Below the pieces are notes generated by a model. It searched no databases. It had not been told where the DNA came from and saw only the letters and a program-made list of their open reading frames with translations. A program made the position numbers and the translations under genes. A stretch of 64,000 bases of DNA from positions 64,001-128,000 of IMG/VR virus record IMGVR_UViG_3300017700_000784. The stretch is one strand, 5' to 3'. Every line of letters starts with the position of its first letter. Position 1 is the stretch's first letter. The stretch is from a virus (taxonomy: Duplodnaviria; Heunggongvirae; Uroviricota; Caudoviricetes). Of the stretch, positions 8,656-19,114 are shown one piece after another.

Positions 8656-11600
8656 ATGTATAATATCAAAATAAAATCCCTTCCTGATAGTGCTAAAACA
8701 GGAGATCAACTTAACTATAGTCTTGTTGATAGAAATAGCTTTTATCTTAAACCTTCTTCACAGAATGAATTTGTGGATGATGTTAAAGATACGATGAGTG
8801 CTGTACCTAAAGAAGAAGCAAATGTGGAAGCTGAAGGTGGAGAAACTGTTGTAGGAGATATCAATAATGATGGCTTTGTAGAGCACCAAAGAATTCTTGG
8901 TAAAAGACATAGTGAGGGTGGAGTACCTTTAAATATTCCTCCTGGCGCTTTTATATTTTCTGATACAAAGAAGATGACTATTAAAGATCCTGAGGTTCTT
9001 AAGATGTTTAATATGTCAGAAAGAAAGAAAGGATACACTCCTGCAGAAATAGCAAAGAAGTATGATATAAATAATTATATTGCTGTCCTTAAAGATAAGG
9101 ATAGAGATACTTATGAAAAAAATACAGCTGAAGTTATGCTAGCTAAGAACATGGAAAAGTTAGGTATGCTTGCTTTAGTACAAGAGTCTATTAAAGGTTT
9201 CCCTGATGGTATTCCTGCTATAGCTGAATCTGCTGTTGCCGGTTTCTCTGGTGATCAGAAAATGCAGTTTGGTGGTAGTTTAAGAAAACTTCAAGGAGGA
9301 GGCTTTAATGCACCAAGAGAACTTAATGGTATTGATGAACCTGATAAAAGAAAAGCTCAGACTTCTGCTTCTCATAGTAACATAACTGAGGGAGGTAATC
9401 CAGAAGTAGGTTTTACTTTTTATAAAGGATTAGTTCCTGTAACAGTATCTAAAGTAGATAGTAAATTTGCTATAGATAATGGTGCAGATGCTGCATATAT
9501 AAAACTTTCAGATGGTACTAGATTAAACAAGCAAGAGTTTGATACATTAAGAAAGAAAGGTTCTATGAAACCTGCAGGATTTAATAAGTCAAGTGATATA
9601 TATTCTGTAAAACCTTTAGTATATAAAAATACTATTAAAGATTCTGATGGTAATTCAGTTAAACTTGATTTATACTCAGGAGATTATTTTAATTATAATG
9701 GAGTTGACTATCAAGTATTAGATCCACAAGCAGGAAGTAGCAATGCTTATAAAGGCAGTGGTAAAGCTGTAAGAGATACCTTTGATAATACCCAAGGTGT
9801 TGTTCATGTATCTTATATGGGGGCTGATGGTAAACTTAAAAATAAATTTATTGAAGGAGAAGATATCGGAGATGCTTATAAATTTGATAAAAGTTTGGTA
9901 AAAGTTAATCCAAATACTTTCTGGAGAAGTAAGTATGATAATAGTATTAAAAATCAGTTAGCTAAGTATACAACTGCTAAATCAGCTACAGCTGCTACAA
10001 ATGCTGCAAGTATTGCTCCTGTTAAAAAAACTACATCAGAAGTACTACAGACACCTACTGCACCATTTAATCCTAATTTAAAAGTAATACCTGCTACTGA
10101 AGAAGTACAAAGTAATGTTCCTTTTACTAAACAGGATAGTATTACCATGTTTAAAAGACAAGAGGGTGGGGAATTACCTATGGCCCAATTTGGTGGTATA
10201 GAAAAACGTGAACCTAAAGTAGTAAAAAGTGAAAAGATAAGTCTTAGTAATGGTACTGCTACAAAGATTACTTATGACACTGGAGAGATTGAAGTAGTTC
10301 AGAATGGTAAAGTATCAGCATATGATGCTCCGGACCCTACTAAGTTTCAAGCTAGTGCAGCTTATAAGAAAGGTAACTGGACAGAGAGTGCTGCTGAGGT
10401 AAGAAGAATATACTCTGATCCTAAGAATGATAAATTAAGAACTAAGTTACATGAAAGATTTTCACAGCTTTATCCTGATTTAGCAAACACTATGACACCT
10501 GAACAATCTACAGCTCTTTTTCTTAGAGGACAAGAGGATGTGGCTAAGATACAAAATGCTTACTCAGGTAGTGATTTTCTTAAATCTGATAACTGGGATA
10601 GAACAGGTAAATTCAAATCAGGTGCTAATACGGTATATAAATCTGTAGCAAAGAAATTAGGTATTGGTGAGTTATCACCAGAAGATATTAAGAAGTATCA
10701 AGGTTTGTACCAAGCAGGACAGGACATAGTTGATAGTCCAGAGTTCAGTGGCTTGTTCAGCAACTTTGATATAAAGCCTGTGGGAGTAGTTGACCAAACC
10801 AGAACAGTAAATGGTGTCACACGAGCCATCTCACCAGTAGATAACATATGGGGAAATACAACCACAGGTCAAGGTTTTAGATTAAAAGAAAACTTAGACA
10901 GAGGAAAAGCTCCTGAGAAACCAGATGCTGTAGCTCCAGATATTGAAGCTCCTACAAGACCTGCACAAGAACAGGTAAATAATAAAGGAGGTTGGTGGTT
11001 ACAAGACAGAACTAATTTTTATGGTGCCTTAACAGATAATATACATAAGTATGATCCTGCTATGGCTAACTTTGATTTTGCTATACCTGGATATGTACTA
11101 GAAGATCCTTCAAGAAAACTTGCTGCTAATCAGGAGCAAATGAATACTATGGGAGAATTTGTTACTAATACACAATCAGGTCAGAATGCTTTAGCAACTA
11201 TGCTTGGTATATCAGGTAAAGGATTTGAGAATGCTGCAAATGTAATTTCTGAGGTAGATAATAGAAATGTTAATACAGTAAATAATGCCAGTGCTAATTC
11301 TGCTAATATCAAGAACCAGGAAGAGCAACTAAATGAAGGAGCCAAACAAAAATATGTTTCTGAAATGGCTACTAGTAATCAGCAATATGATAATGCTAGA
11401 AACCAAATTAAATGGAGACAGATAGGTGCTTATAATAATGGAGTAACTAATCTTATGCGTAAGAAACAACAAGAACAAGTGCTTACACCTCAAGTATATA
11501 TAGACCCTATTACAGGTGATGTAAAATGGTCAGGTAAAAGTAGAGATATGTTTGGAGTTGATACTTATCATCCACCTTATAATAGTAGTGATAACTTTGA

Positions 11601-11778
11601 TATAGATTCTGAATATAAAAGATTAACAGAAGAACAAGGGATGAGTCCTGATAATGCTGTTAAACTTTTGAGAGTTAAATCTATATATAAAGCTAAACAA
11701 AATAAAAATCCATATCTTAGCGGTCTGGGAGCAAGTAGCTATGGAGCTGTTTCTCCTTATGATTTTGATGAAGAATAA
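8656..11778 (+). CDS. Virion cargo/ejection protein
   Basis: N-terminal EAEGGE...G.RHSEGGVP...FIFSD block that I recall from crAss-like cargo proteins; four QxGG motifs; Asn/Gln/Ala-rich helical C-terminus. Confidence 0.75.
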   Translation: MYNIKIKSLPDSAKTGDQLNYSLVDRNSFYLKPSSQNEFVDDVKDTMSAVPKEEANVEAEGGETVVGDINNDGFVEHQRILGKRHSEGGVPLNIPPGAFIFSDTKKMTIKDPEVLKMFNMSERKKGYTPAEIAKKYDINNYIAVLKDKDRDTYEKNTAEVMLAKNMEKLGMLALVQESIKGFPDGIPAIAESAVAGFSGDQKMQFGGSLRKLQGGGFNAPRELNGIDEPDKRKAQTSASHSNITEGGNPEVGFTFYKGLVPVTVSKVDSKFAIDNGADAAYIKLSDGTRLNKQEFDTLRKKGSMKPAGFNKSSDIYSVKPLVYKNTIKDSDGNSVKLDLYSGDYFNYNGVDYQVLDPQAGSSNAYKGSGKAVRDTFDNTQGVVHVSYMGADGKLKNKFIEGEDIGDAYKFDKSLVKVNPNTFWRSKYDNSIKNQLAKYTTAKSATAATNAASIAPVKKTTSEVLQTPTAPFNPNLKVIPATEEVQSNVPFTKQDSITMFKRQEGGELPMAQFGGIEKREPKVVKSEKISLSNGTATKITYDTGEIEVVQNGKVSAYDAPDPTKFQASAAYKKGNWTESAAEVRRIYSDPKNDKLRTKLHERFSQLYPDLANTMTPEQSTALFLRGQEDVAKIQNAYSGSDFLKSDNWDRTGKFKSGANTVYKSVAKKLGIGELSPEDIKKYQGLYQAGQDIVDSPEFSGLFSNFDIKPVGVVDQTRTVNGVTRAISPVDNIWGNTTTGQGFRLKENLDRGKAPEKPDAVAPDIEAPTRPAQEQVNNKGGWWLQDRTNFYGALTDNIHKYDPAMANFDFAIPGYVLEDPSRKLAANQEQMNTMGEFVTNTQSGQNALATMLGISGKGFENAANVISEVDNRNVNTVNNASANSANIKNQEEQLNEGAKQKYVSEMATSNQQYDNARNQIKWRQIGAYNNGVTNLMRKKQQEQVLTPQVYIDPITGDVKWSGKSRDMFGVDTYHPPYNSSDNFDIDSEYKRLTEEQGMSPDNAVKLLRVKSIYKAKQNKNPYLSGLGASSYGAVSPYDFDEE

Positions 11779-11792
11779 TAAAACTATAACCA

Positions 11793-14447
11793 ATGAGTAC
11801 ATTTAACAGAGGTGAAACAGATCAGTTTGGACCTATGCAACTTTATAAACCTGATTATAGTTTTCTTACTCAGGTATACAATGCAAAGCAATCTCAGTAT
11901 GATACAGGTTTTAACTTTGTTAAGAACTTGTACAACTCTGCTTTAAACAATCCCCTTACTTCTGAAGACAATGAGCAGTATAGACAACAGGTATTTAAAA
12001 AGATTCAAACCTCTTTAAAAGATGCATCGAGTCTTGATTTATCTAATTCTGCTAATATTAAATATGCACAGGAAGCTATTAATCCTATTGTAAAGGATAA
12101 AGAACTTGTGTATGACATGTCTATTACAGCAAGACACCAAGGTGAGATGCGTAAATTAGATATGACAAGATCAAGTCTTGATCCTAAAATTAGTAGTCAG
12201 TATAATCCTATTAGTAGAAAGGCTATAGAATTTGCTACAGCAGATTTAAGATCTGCAAAAAGAGGAGATGACTCTATTTTTAAAGTTACTCCTCAGAAGT
12301 TTATTCCTTATCAAGATGTAGTAGCGGAACTTAATAAGTCTTATAAAGACCAAGGATTAAATATAGAAGTTCAAAAAATATCAGGAGATGGTTATATCTA
12401 TAAAAGCTCTAATGGTAAATTAGCATATGCTCCTTTTACAAAATGGGCCATGCAAATTATGGGTAATAAGTATGATGACCAGTTTGCTCAACAAGGTTAT
12501 GTTGAAGCAGAAACTATGATTAGAAACACTATGGCAGGTGATGGCTTATCTAGGGAAGATGCTATCAGAACATTTGCTCCTAAAGTAGTACAACAACTTA
12601 CAGAGGATGCTATAACCAACGGAACTTATTCAGATGAAAAAATCAAAGAATATGATATCGCTATATCTAAGTATAGAGATAAGTATTCCGGTAAAAAAAT
12701 AGACCTCGCTACTAAAGCAAAATATGATAGCATCTTAAAATCCAGACAAAACTATGTAGAGAATTTAGCTGCATCTAAAACAGAGCTTTTAAATTTACAA
12801 GAGAATGGAGTAGAGTTTGTAGCAAGTAATTTATATAATATAGCTACTAATAATGCTAAACAAAGAACAGCATTAGGATGGGCTACTTCTACAGCTGATG
12901 TAACAGCTAAGCAAGAGATTACTCCTGATACTACATGGATGGGTAAATTCCATGAAGCTAATGAAAATGCAAGACACAGAGATGATCTTAAATTTAAGTA
13001 TTCAGATCTTAAATACAAATATGATGCATTAGAGGTTACTAAAGCAAACCAGGCAGCTAATCAAAGATTAGCCATGCTTAAGCTTAAATTTGGTGATGGT
13101 AAATTACCTTCTGAGGTTTATGCTGGAGTATTTGAGTCAGGAACTGATGTACCTGCAGTAAAAGTATTACAAGGTAGTTTACAGGAAACACAAGAGCAAA
13201 TTCTTAACAAAGCTTTTTCTTCTTCTGATGGTTTAATAACACTTCTATATAACTCTGATAAATCAGATATGCAGACTATAGGACCTATTATTAATAAGAT
13301 GAGAAATATAGCTAATGGTCAGGCTGTGAAACTTACAATGCAAGAGCTAAACTCTTTAAAAGATTTTGGTAAAAGAACAGGTGTAAGAGTATATGATCCT
13401 AGTAATCAGGCTAATGCTGCTTATACTCTTAGACAAATGTCTATAGATGTATATGAAAAAAGTCAGAAACAAATTAAAAGCTTAAAAGAATCTAAGCAAT
13501 ATGATAAACTTAAGCTTAAAAGATATGATGAATTAAGCAGAGACTTTAAAAGCTATAATGATACTAATGACATTATAGAAAGAAATTACAATAACATGGC
13601 CAATGAAATGGTTGATGCAGGAGGTAATATAAAAGATATGTATGCTGGTGCAAAAGTAATAGGCTTTACAAGAAAAGGTAATCCTATATTTGATACATCA
13701 GGTCTTTCTGACGCAAGTAAAAATCAATTAGGTAAGTTATTAGATAATAAATATAATTCTAAGACTAGACCTACAGGTTCTACTATCATAGCACAAAATG
13801 TACAACCAGCTGAATATAATCAGTTTATGTCTTATGCTACTAACCTTCCTGATGATGAAAAGAACATGCTTATCAAGAATCTTAATGTAGAGACTATTAA
13901 AAAGTTGTATGGTACTAATGCTGATATATCTTATGATCCAGGTAAGGAAGAAGTTATTATGACTTTAAAAGCTAATCCTAAAGATGTAGTATCAACTAAG
14001 ATAGCAGGTTTAAAAAGTTCTTATGAATTTCATATACCTTATTCTCATGTAAAGAATAATAATGGACCTTTAGCAAGAGTATATAAATACTTACAGGATA
14101 ATACTGTATCTGCTGGTAACTTAAGTACTCTCTCAGAGTTTGCTTATAATCCTAATACTTCTTATACAGCTCCTAAGCATTATAAAGAAGCCGGTTTAGA
14201 TTATACAGTTCTTGGTGGAGTTAATAATTCAGGACAGTATGGTATTCATATTTTTGGTACCTTTGAAAACCCTGAAAGTGGTAAGAAAGAACCATTTGAA
14301 CATTTTGAACCAGGTTCTCCAGGGTCAGAAGAGCTTATACATAATACAGAGAAAGCACTTAATGCCATTAAGCAGACTTATGATAATGCCAATACTCTGC
14401 ATGATAAGAGTTTTCAGAACTCAAAAAATACAGTTGACTTTGATTAA
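11793..14447 (+). CDS. Virion ejection/cargo protein
   Basis: 884 aa, Cys-free, helical composition, syntenic with crAss-like ejection genes upstream of vRNAP. Confidence 0.7.
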   Translation: MSTFNRGETDQFGPMQLYKPDYSFLTQVYNAKQSQYDTGFNFVKNLYNSALNNPLTSEDNEQYRQQVFKKIQTSLKDASSLDLSNSANIKYAQEAINPIVKDKELVYDMSITARHQGEMRKLDMTRSSLDPKISSQYNPISRKAIEFATADLRSAKRGDDSIFKVTPQKFIPYQDVVAELNKSYKDQGLNIEVQKISGDGYIYKSSNGKLAYAPFTKWAMQIMGNKYDDQFAQQGYVEAETMIRNTMAGDGLSREDAIRTFAPKVVQQLTEDAITNGTYSDEKIKEYDIAISKYRDKYSGKKIDLATKAKYDSILKSRQNYVENLAASKTELLNLQENGVEFVASNLYNIATNNAKQRTALGWATSTADVTAKQEITPDTTWMGKFHEANENARHRDDLKFKYSDLKYKYDALEVTKANQAANQRLAMLKLKFGDGKLPSEVYAGVFESGTDVPAVKVLQGSLQETQEQILNKAFSSSDGLITLLYNSDKSDMQTIGPIINKMRNIANGQAVKLTMQELNSLKDFGKRTGVRVYDPSNQANAAYTLRQMSIDVYEKSQKQIKSLKESKQYDKLKLKRYDELSRDFKSYNDTNDIIERNYNNMANEMVDAGGNIKDMYAGAKVIGFTRKGNPIFDTSGLSDASKNQLGKLLDNKYNSKTRPTGSTIIAQNVQPAEYNQFMSYATNLPDDEKNMLIKNLNVETIKKLYGTNADISYDPGKEEVIMTLKANPKDVVSTKIAGLKSSYEFHIPYSHVKNNNGPLARVYKYLQDNTVSAGNLSTLSEFAYNPNTSYTAPKHYKEAGLDYTVLGGVNNSGQYGIHIFGTFENPESGKKEPFEHFEPGSPGSEELIHNTEKALNAIKQTYDNANTLHDKSFQNSKNTVDFD

Positions 14448-14461
14448 CCCCTTACTTTCCT

Positions 14462-17400
14462 ATGGCTGATAACACCTTAGATACTGAACAAACTTTAGAT
14501 ACAACTAATTTATTGGGTGATATATCATCTGATATTTCTGTAGATACAACTCAACCTGAAAAGATAGATCCTCCTAAACAAAGTTTTAGTGATACTATTA
14601 ATTCAGGATTACAAACAGCTTTTCAGGAAAGTTATGCTCCAACACCAGTTAGTTTTGAAGATGAGTTTTTTGGTGCTAAAGGCGCTAAGATAAAATATCA
14701 TGCTCCTGAAGTAGTAGACAAGTATCACGCACAAGAAGGATTTAATCCAAGATTATTTGATGCTGAAGATGAAGCACAGAATTTAGAGAGATATGCTAAT
14801 AATGAAACTGTTGGTAGTGCTTTAGCTAAAGGATTTGATTCTTTTGCTTTTAATTTTGGTAATACTTTTACAGGATGGTTTGCTGATTATCCTAAGATGG
14901 TAAATGCTTTATTTAGTATGGATTGGGATGAGATGAAACCTGATGAGGAAAATCTTGTTAATGAATACTATGCACAGCAAAAGAACATGAATGAAAATTA
15001 TGTCTTTGCTAAACCTGGAGAAGAAGATGATATTTTTAATAAGAAATTTGTATCTGAATTTATAGGTAATGCAGGATTTGCTTTAGGTACTACTTTTGCT
15101 TTAGGTTTAGAATTCTTAGCAGATGCGGCGATTACCACCGCAACTTCAGGTGCTGGATTTGAGACTTTTTTTGCTACTGGTGCAAGAGCTAGTGCAAAAC
15201 TTGCTGCAAGAGAAGCTGCTAAAACAGCAACAGAGGCAGCAGGTAAAAGTGCTTTTTCTAATGTATTTGAAGATGTATTTAAAGGATATAGAGCAGGCGT
15301 TGAAGAAGCTGCTGATATTCCTAGAGCTTTAAATATAGCATCTGATGCCAGTGTAATAAAACAAATGGAACAGGCTGAGGTTATATCTGCTATGGCTAAA
15401 TCACAAGGTGCTAGAAAAACACTTATAAAAGATTATGCTAACATGCTTAGCAATAACATCTTTAATATAGGTAAGTCAAAAAGTGTTGGAGAGTTAGCAG
15501 GTAATATTGCTAAAGGAACTCCTTTACTTGGTACAGCTACTAGATTTGGTGAAAGAATAGGAGCTGCAGCTGAAGCCGGAGCTACCATGGGACAACTTTT
15601 TGGGATAGGGTTACAAGGTACAAGGAGACTTGCACAAGAACTTAATATGTCAGCATCTGAATCTTATTTTGAAGCTATCTCTACCTATGGAGATACTCTT
15701 GATAAAATGGGTAAACAATATTTATTAGATAACCAAGGTAAGGCTCCAAGCTTTGATGAGTTTAATAGAATGAAAAATCTTGCTACTGCAGCAAGCGGAT
15801 CTAACTATGATACCAATATGGGTATATTACTTGTTACCAATCACTTACAGTTTGGTAACTTATTCAGTAAATATATACCAGCTAATAAAGTTGTACAAGA
15901 TTTAATAGGAGAAAGTTCTGAAAGAATACTTACTGTAAGTTCTAAGAAAGGATTACAGGCTGTATTTAAAAAAGGTGCTGTACTAGGTACATTAAATACT
16001 TTAGGTAAAGTATCTGCAGAGTTTGGTAAGAAAGAAGCTATGTATCAATTAGGTAGATCAGCTTTTAAGAACATAGCAAGATTTGAACTTACAGAAGGGT
16101 TACAAGAAAACATGCAAGAAGTATCAGCAGCTGGATGGCGTGATTACTATTCTGGTAAATTTAATGGTACCAAAGCTACTCTATCAGAAACTATGAGTGC
16201 TGGATTATCTTCTCAATTTACTAAACAGGGATTAAAGACTTTTCTTATGGGTGCTCTTACAGGTACTCTTATTAGAGTTCCAAGTAAAATGCTTAACTTT
16301 GGTTTGGAAAAAGCTAATAAGCAATTTCTAAAAGCACAGTATAGTGAAGAAGGTGCTATAGATCCTTATACAGCTTTTGAAAAAAGATTAGATGAAGATA
16401 TTGAATTACTTAATAATTTTATAAAAAAAGGAAAAAATGGTTCTTTTGAGACACGTCTTTTCAACTTCAATGCGCAGGCACAGTCAGCGCTTGAACAAAC
16501 AGCTTCTGCGAGTGTGGGGGCTGAATACTCTTTTCATAATGGTAAAGACAATGCGCTATTGTCAGCTATTTCTGCTGCAAGTAGAATCGGGACAACTGAT
16601 GCTTTTGTTGAGAGTATTAAGAATAGTATAGGTGACATGACTCCTGAACAATTTAAGAAAGAGTTTGGGATAGATATAGAAGATACTGAATATGCTTCTC
16701 CACAACAGTTTGCTGCAAAGATGGCAGGAGATGTAAAAAAATATACTAAGACTCTTGAAGAATTTACTAGAGGATTTAAGACAAAACTTGAAGATCCAAG
16801 AAACTTTACACCTGAGACTCCGGAATACTTCATGGCCAACTATATCAGAAATGCTCAGGAAGAAGCTTTACATATAGCAGCTATAAATTCTATTAAAGCT
16901 AGTATGGCTGTTGATAGAGCAACTAGTCTTGCTAATGAACTTTCTGCAAGTCCTTTATTATCAAACTCTTCAGATTTAGTTTTAAGAGTTATGACTAATC
17001 CTGTTATGGTTATATCAGAAGTTGGTAGACTTAAAGGAGATATTAAAGTAGCTGAACAATCTATAAAATTAGGAGGATTGGACAGAGCTGCTTTAAAAGC
17101 ATTACGTGCTGAAATAAAAAGTAAGACTAATCAACTTGATGAATTAGACAAATGGGCCTCTTTCTGGGATACTAGAAAAGCTATGGCTGAAAGAGAAGAG
17201 ACAGATGCATCTACTGATACTACTCCTATTTTTGTAGGTAAACGTGTAGCAAGAGACAAGGCTACAGGTAAATTTACAAAAAGAAAATATGGTGAGAAAC
17301 AGGATAAGATTAATTTTGCATACAACCAGAATCATAAAGATGTGATGGCTGTATTTAAAAAACTTCTTATAGCTAAGAATGAAGAAGCTGGGATAACTAC

Positions 17401-19102
17401 AGGAGACATTAAAGATACTGAGTTACAAGATGCTTTTACAAAGCTTGTAGACTATATGCAATTAGATAGTGATACTAAAGATTATATTGATGCTGTTGAA
17501 GTATTAACCAATAAAGATAGATTTAGAGAAATTACCAAACAAATGAGTGATGGTAAGTATAAATTTAATCTTATTCATTATGTAGATACCTTAATGAATA
17601 CTTTTCAACAGGAAGCTTATGAAATTTCTAAAACTATAAAGAATATTAATAGTGCTTTAGAGTTTAATGATTACCTCAATCTTGTAAAAGATACCCAGGA
17701 TGATATTATGAATAATACATCTTATCTTAGATTAGTGGCCCTTATATCAAGTAAGGAGTTTGGTATGAATAAGAGAGATGAGGCTGCTGAGTATATTGAT
17801 GAAGTATCTAAGATTATAAAAGATAAGTTTCAGTCTTTTATTAAAACTCATTTATCTGAGCAGATAAGTAAGGATATTACTGATGAAGATTATAATAAAA
17901 TTATAGCTACCAATGACTTAGGTATAGTAGCTACATATCATATTGGAGATAAATTATTTAATTCAAGAGGAGATAAAGCTGTACTTACTGAAAGAGAGAA
18001 AGAACTTTACGAAAAATTTAAAGATGAGATTGACACTTATATATCAGATCTTCAGACTACTGAAACTGCTGAAAAGAATGCTCAACAAGTAGAACCTGAG
18101 GCAGAGTTAACAGAAGAACAAACACCAGCTCCAGTATCCAAAAAGGTTGTTAATGAGGCTGGAGTAGAATCAGATGTAGTTAATCCAGCTGATGAAGATG
18201 CTCCTGATGGGCCTAGTTTTGCAGGAGGTTTATCCTTTGGTAAGAAAAAACAAAATACTCCGGCAGCTCCTTTAGAAACTAAGACAGGTAGACCTAATCC
18301 TAGAAAGAAAAATGAGCCTGAGGATTTAGCTGATTATGAAGAAGAAGAAAGTGATACTCCTCTTACAGATGCTGAGATAGAAAGTTTATATGCTGAGGGT
18401 GAACTTGATGAAGCAGATTACATAGCTTATAAAAATACTAAAAGAGTTACTGATAGAATCCAGGCTATGGGAGTTGGTCCTATGGATAGCATGACAGATA
18501 CTATAGTAGAAATCATGTCTAAGCTTCAGACTTATGCTGACCAGGATAAAGTAAGCTTTGAGGTTTATTTTGATAATGCTAAAAACACCAAGCTTATTAA
18601 TGAAGTAATAACTAAAGCAGTTATTGAAGATCTTAATGGTGAGGAGATAGAAGATTTTAGTATTGGTGAAGTAGTAGTTACTCCTACCAATGATTATGAT
18701 AAAGAAGAGTTACTTAATCTCGAGATACCAGATGATATTATAGATGATATACTTAGTTCTTTAGATACTATGTTAGCTGATGTGGATAGTCTTACAACTA
18801 ACTCTGTTGTTGAGGATATAGAAAGAAGACGAGATCAAGAATTAACAACAATTGGTGAAGGTTTAACTTTTATTCCTGAGGCAGGTAAATATGCATATGA
18901 AGGAAATGATGGTAGTACTAAATATGTAAAAGGAAAAGATGTAGATAAACTGGAAACATTAGTCAATGCTAAATATGATTCTGAACTTCAAGCTTATATT
19001 AAAAATTCTGAAAAGTCATCAAAAAACACTAACTTTGTAAACGAGATAGTTACTGAGCAAACTATATACGATATGCTCAAAGATAGAAAACTTAACTGTT
19101 AA
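14462..19102 (+). CDS. Large ejection protein with probable membrane-inserting Gly/Ala-rich segments
   Basis: 1546 aa. Hydrophobic stretches FIGNAGFALGTTFALGLEFLADAAITTATSGAG (~15059-15157) and FLMGALTGTLI. EGLQE motif. Acidic linker. The only Cys is the last residue. Confidence 0.75.
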   Translation: MADNTLDTEQTLDTTNLLGDISSDISVDTTQPEKIDPPKQSFSDTINSGLQTAFQESYAPTPVSFEDEFFGAKGAKIKYHAPEVVDKYHAQEGFNPRLFDAEDEAQNLERYANNETVGSALAKGFDSFAFNFGNTFTGWFADYPKMVNALFSMDWDEMKPDEENLVNEYYAQQKNMNENYVFAKPGEEDDIFNKKFVSEFIGNAGFALGTTFALGLEFLADAAITTATSGAGFETFFATGARASAKLAAREAAKTATEAAGKSAFSNVFEDVFKGYRAGVEEAADIPRALNIASDASVIKQMEQAEVISAMAKSQGARKTLIKDYANMLSNNIFNIGKSKSVGELAGNIAKGTPLLGTATRFGERIGAAAEAGATMGQLFGIGLQGTRRLAQELNMSASESYFEAISTYGDTLDKMGKQYLLDNQGKAPSFDEFNRMKNLATAASGSNYDTNMGILLVTNHLQFGNLFSKYIPANKVVQDLIGESSERILTVSSKKGLQAVFKKGAVLGTLNTLGKVSAEFGKKEAMYQLGRSAFKNIARFELTEGLQENMQEVSAAGWRDYYSGKFNGTKATLSETMSAGLSSQFTKQGLKTFLMGALTGTLIRVPSKMLNFGLEKANKQFLKAQYSEEGAIDPYTAFEKRLDEDIELLNNFIKKGKNGSFETRLFNFNAQAQSALEQTASASVGAEYSFHNGKDNALLSAISAASRIGTTDAFVESIKNSIGDMTPEQFKKEFGIDIEDTEYASPQQFAAKMAGDVKKYTKTLEEFTRGFKTKLEDPRNFTPETPEYFMANYIRNAQEEALHIAAINSIKASMAVDRATSLANELSASPLLSNSSDLVLRVMTNPVMVISEVGRLKGDIKVAEQSIKLGGLDRAALKALRAEIKSKTNQLDELDKWASFWDTRKAMAEREETDASTDTTPIFVGKRVARDKATGKFTKRKYGEKQDKINFAYNQNHKDVMAVFKKLLIAKNEEAGITTGDIKDTELQDAFTKLVDYMQLDSDTKDYIDAVEVLTNKDRFREITKQMSDGKYKFNLIHYVDTLMNTFQQEAYEISKTIKNINSALEFNDYLNLVKDTQDDIMNNTSYLRLVALISSKEFGMNKRDEAAEYIDEVSKIIKDKFQSFIKTHLSEQISKDITDEDYNKIIATNDLGIVATYHIGDKLFNSRGDKAVLTEREKELYEKFKDEIDTYISDLQTTETAEKNAQQVEPEAELTEEQTPAPVSKKVVNEAGVESDVVNPADEDAPDGPSFAGGLSFGKKKQNTPAAPLETKTGRPNPRKKNEPEDLADYEEEESDTPLTDAEIESLYAEGELDEADYIAYKNTKRVTDRIQAMGVGPMDSMTDTIVEIMSKLQTYADQDKVSFEVYFDNAKNTKLINEVITKAVIEDLNGEEIEDFSIGEVVVTPTNDYDKEELLNLEIPDDIIDDILSSLDTMLADVDSLTTNSVVEDIERRRDQELTTIGEGLTFIPEAGKYAYEGNDGSTKYVKGKDVDKLETLVNAKYDSELQAYIKNSEKSSKNTNFVNEIVTEQTIYDMLKDRKLNC

Positions 19103-19114
19103 AACATACACTTT

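Noticed and set aside
19030-19037. TAACTTTG upstream of the vRNAP gene as a promoter
   Set aside because: Lies inside coding sequence; dozens of chance TAnnTTTG matches are expected per strand at this AT content.
19100-19114. ORF14462 and vRNAP are in the same frame, separated by one TAA and four codons (possible readthrough to ~5850 aa)
   Set aside because: One-in-three chance. TAA is rarely read through, the other two junctions are out of frame, and vRNAP has its own A-rich leader and M-S-C start.
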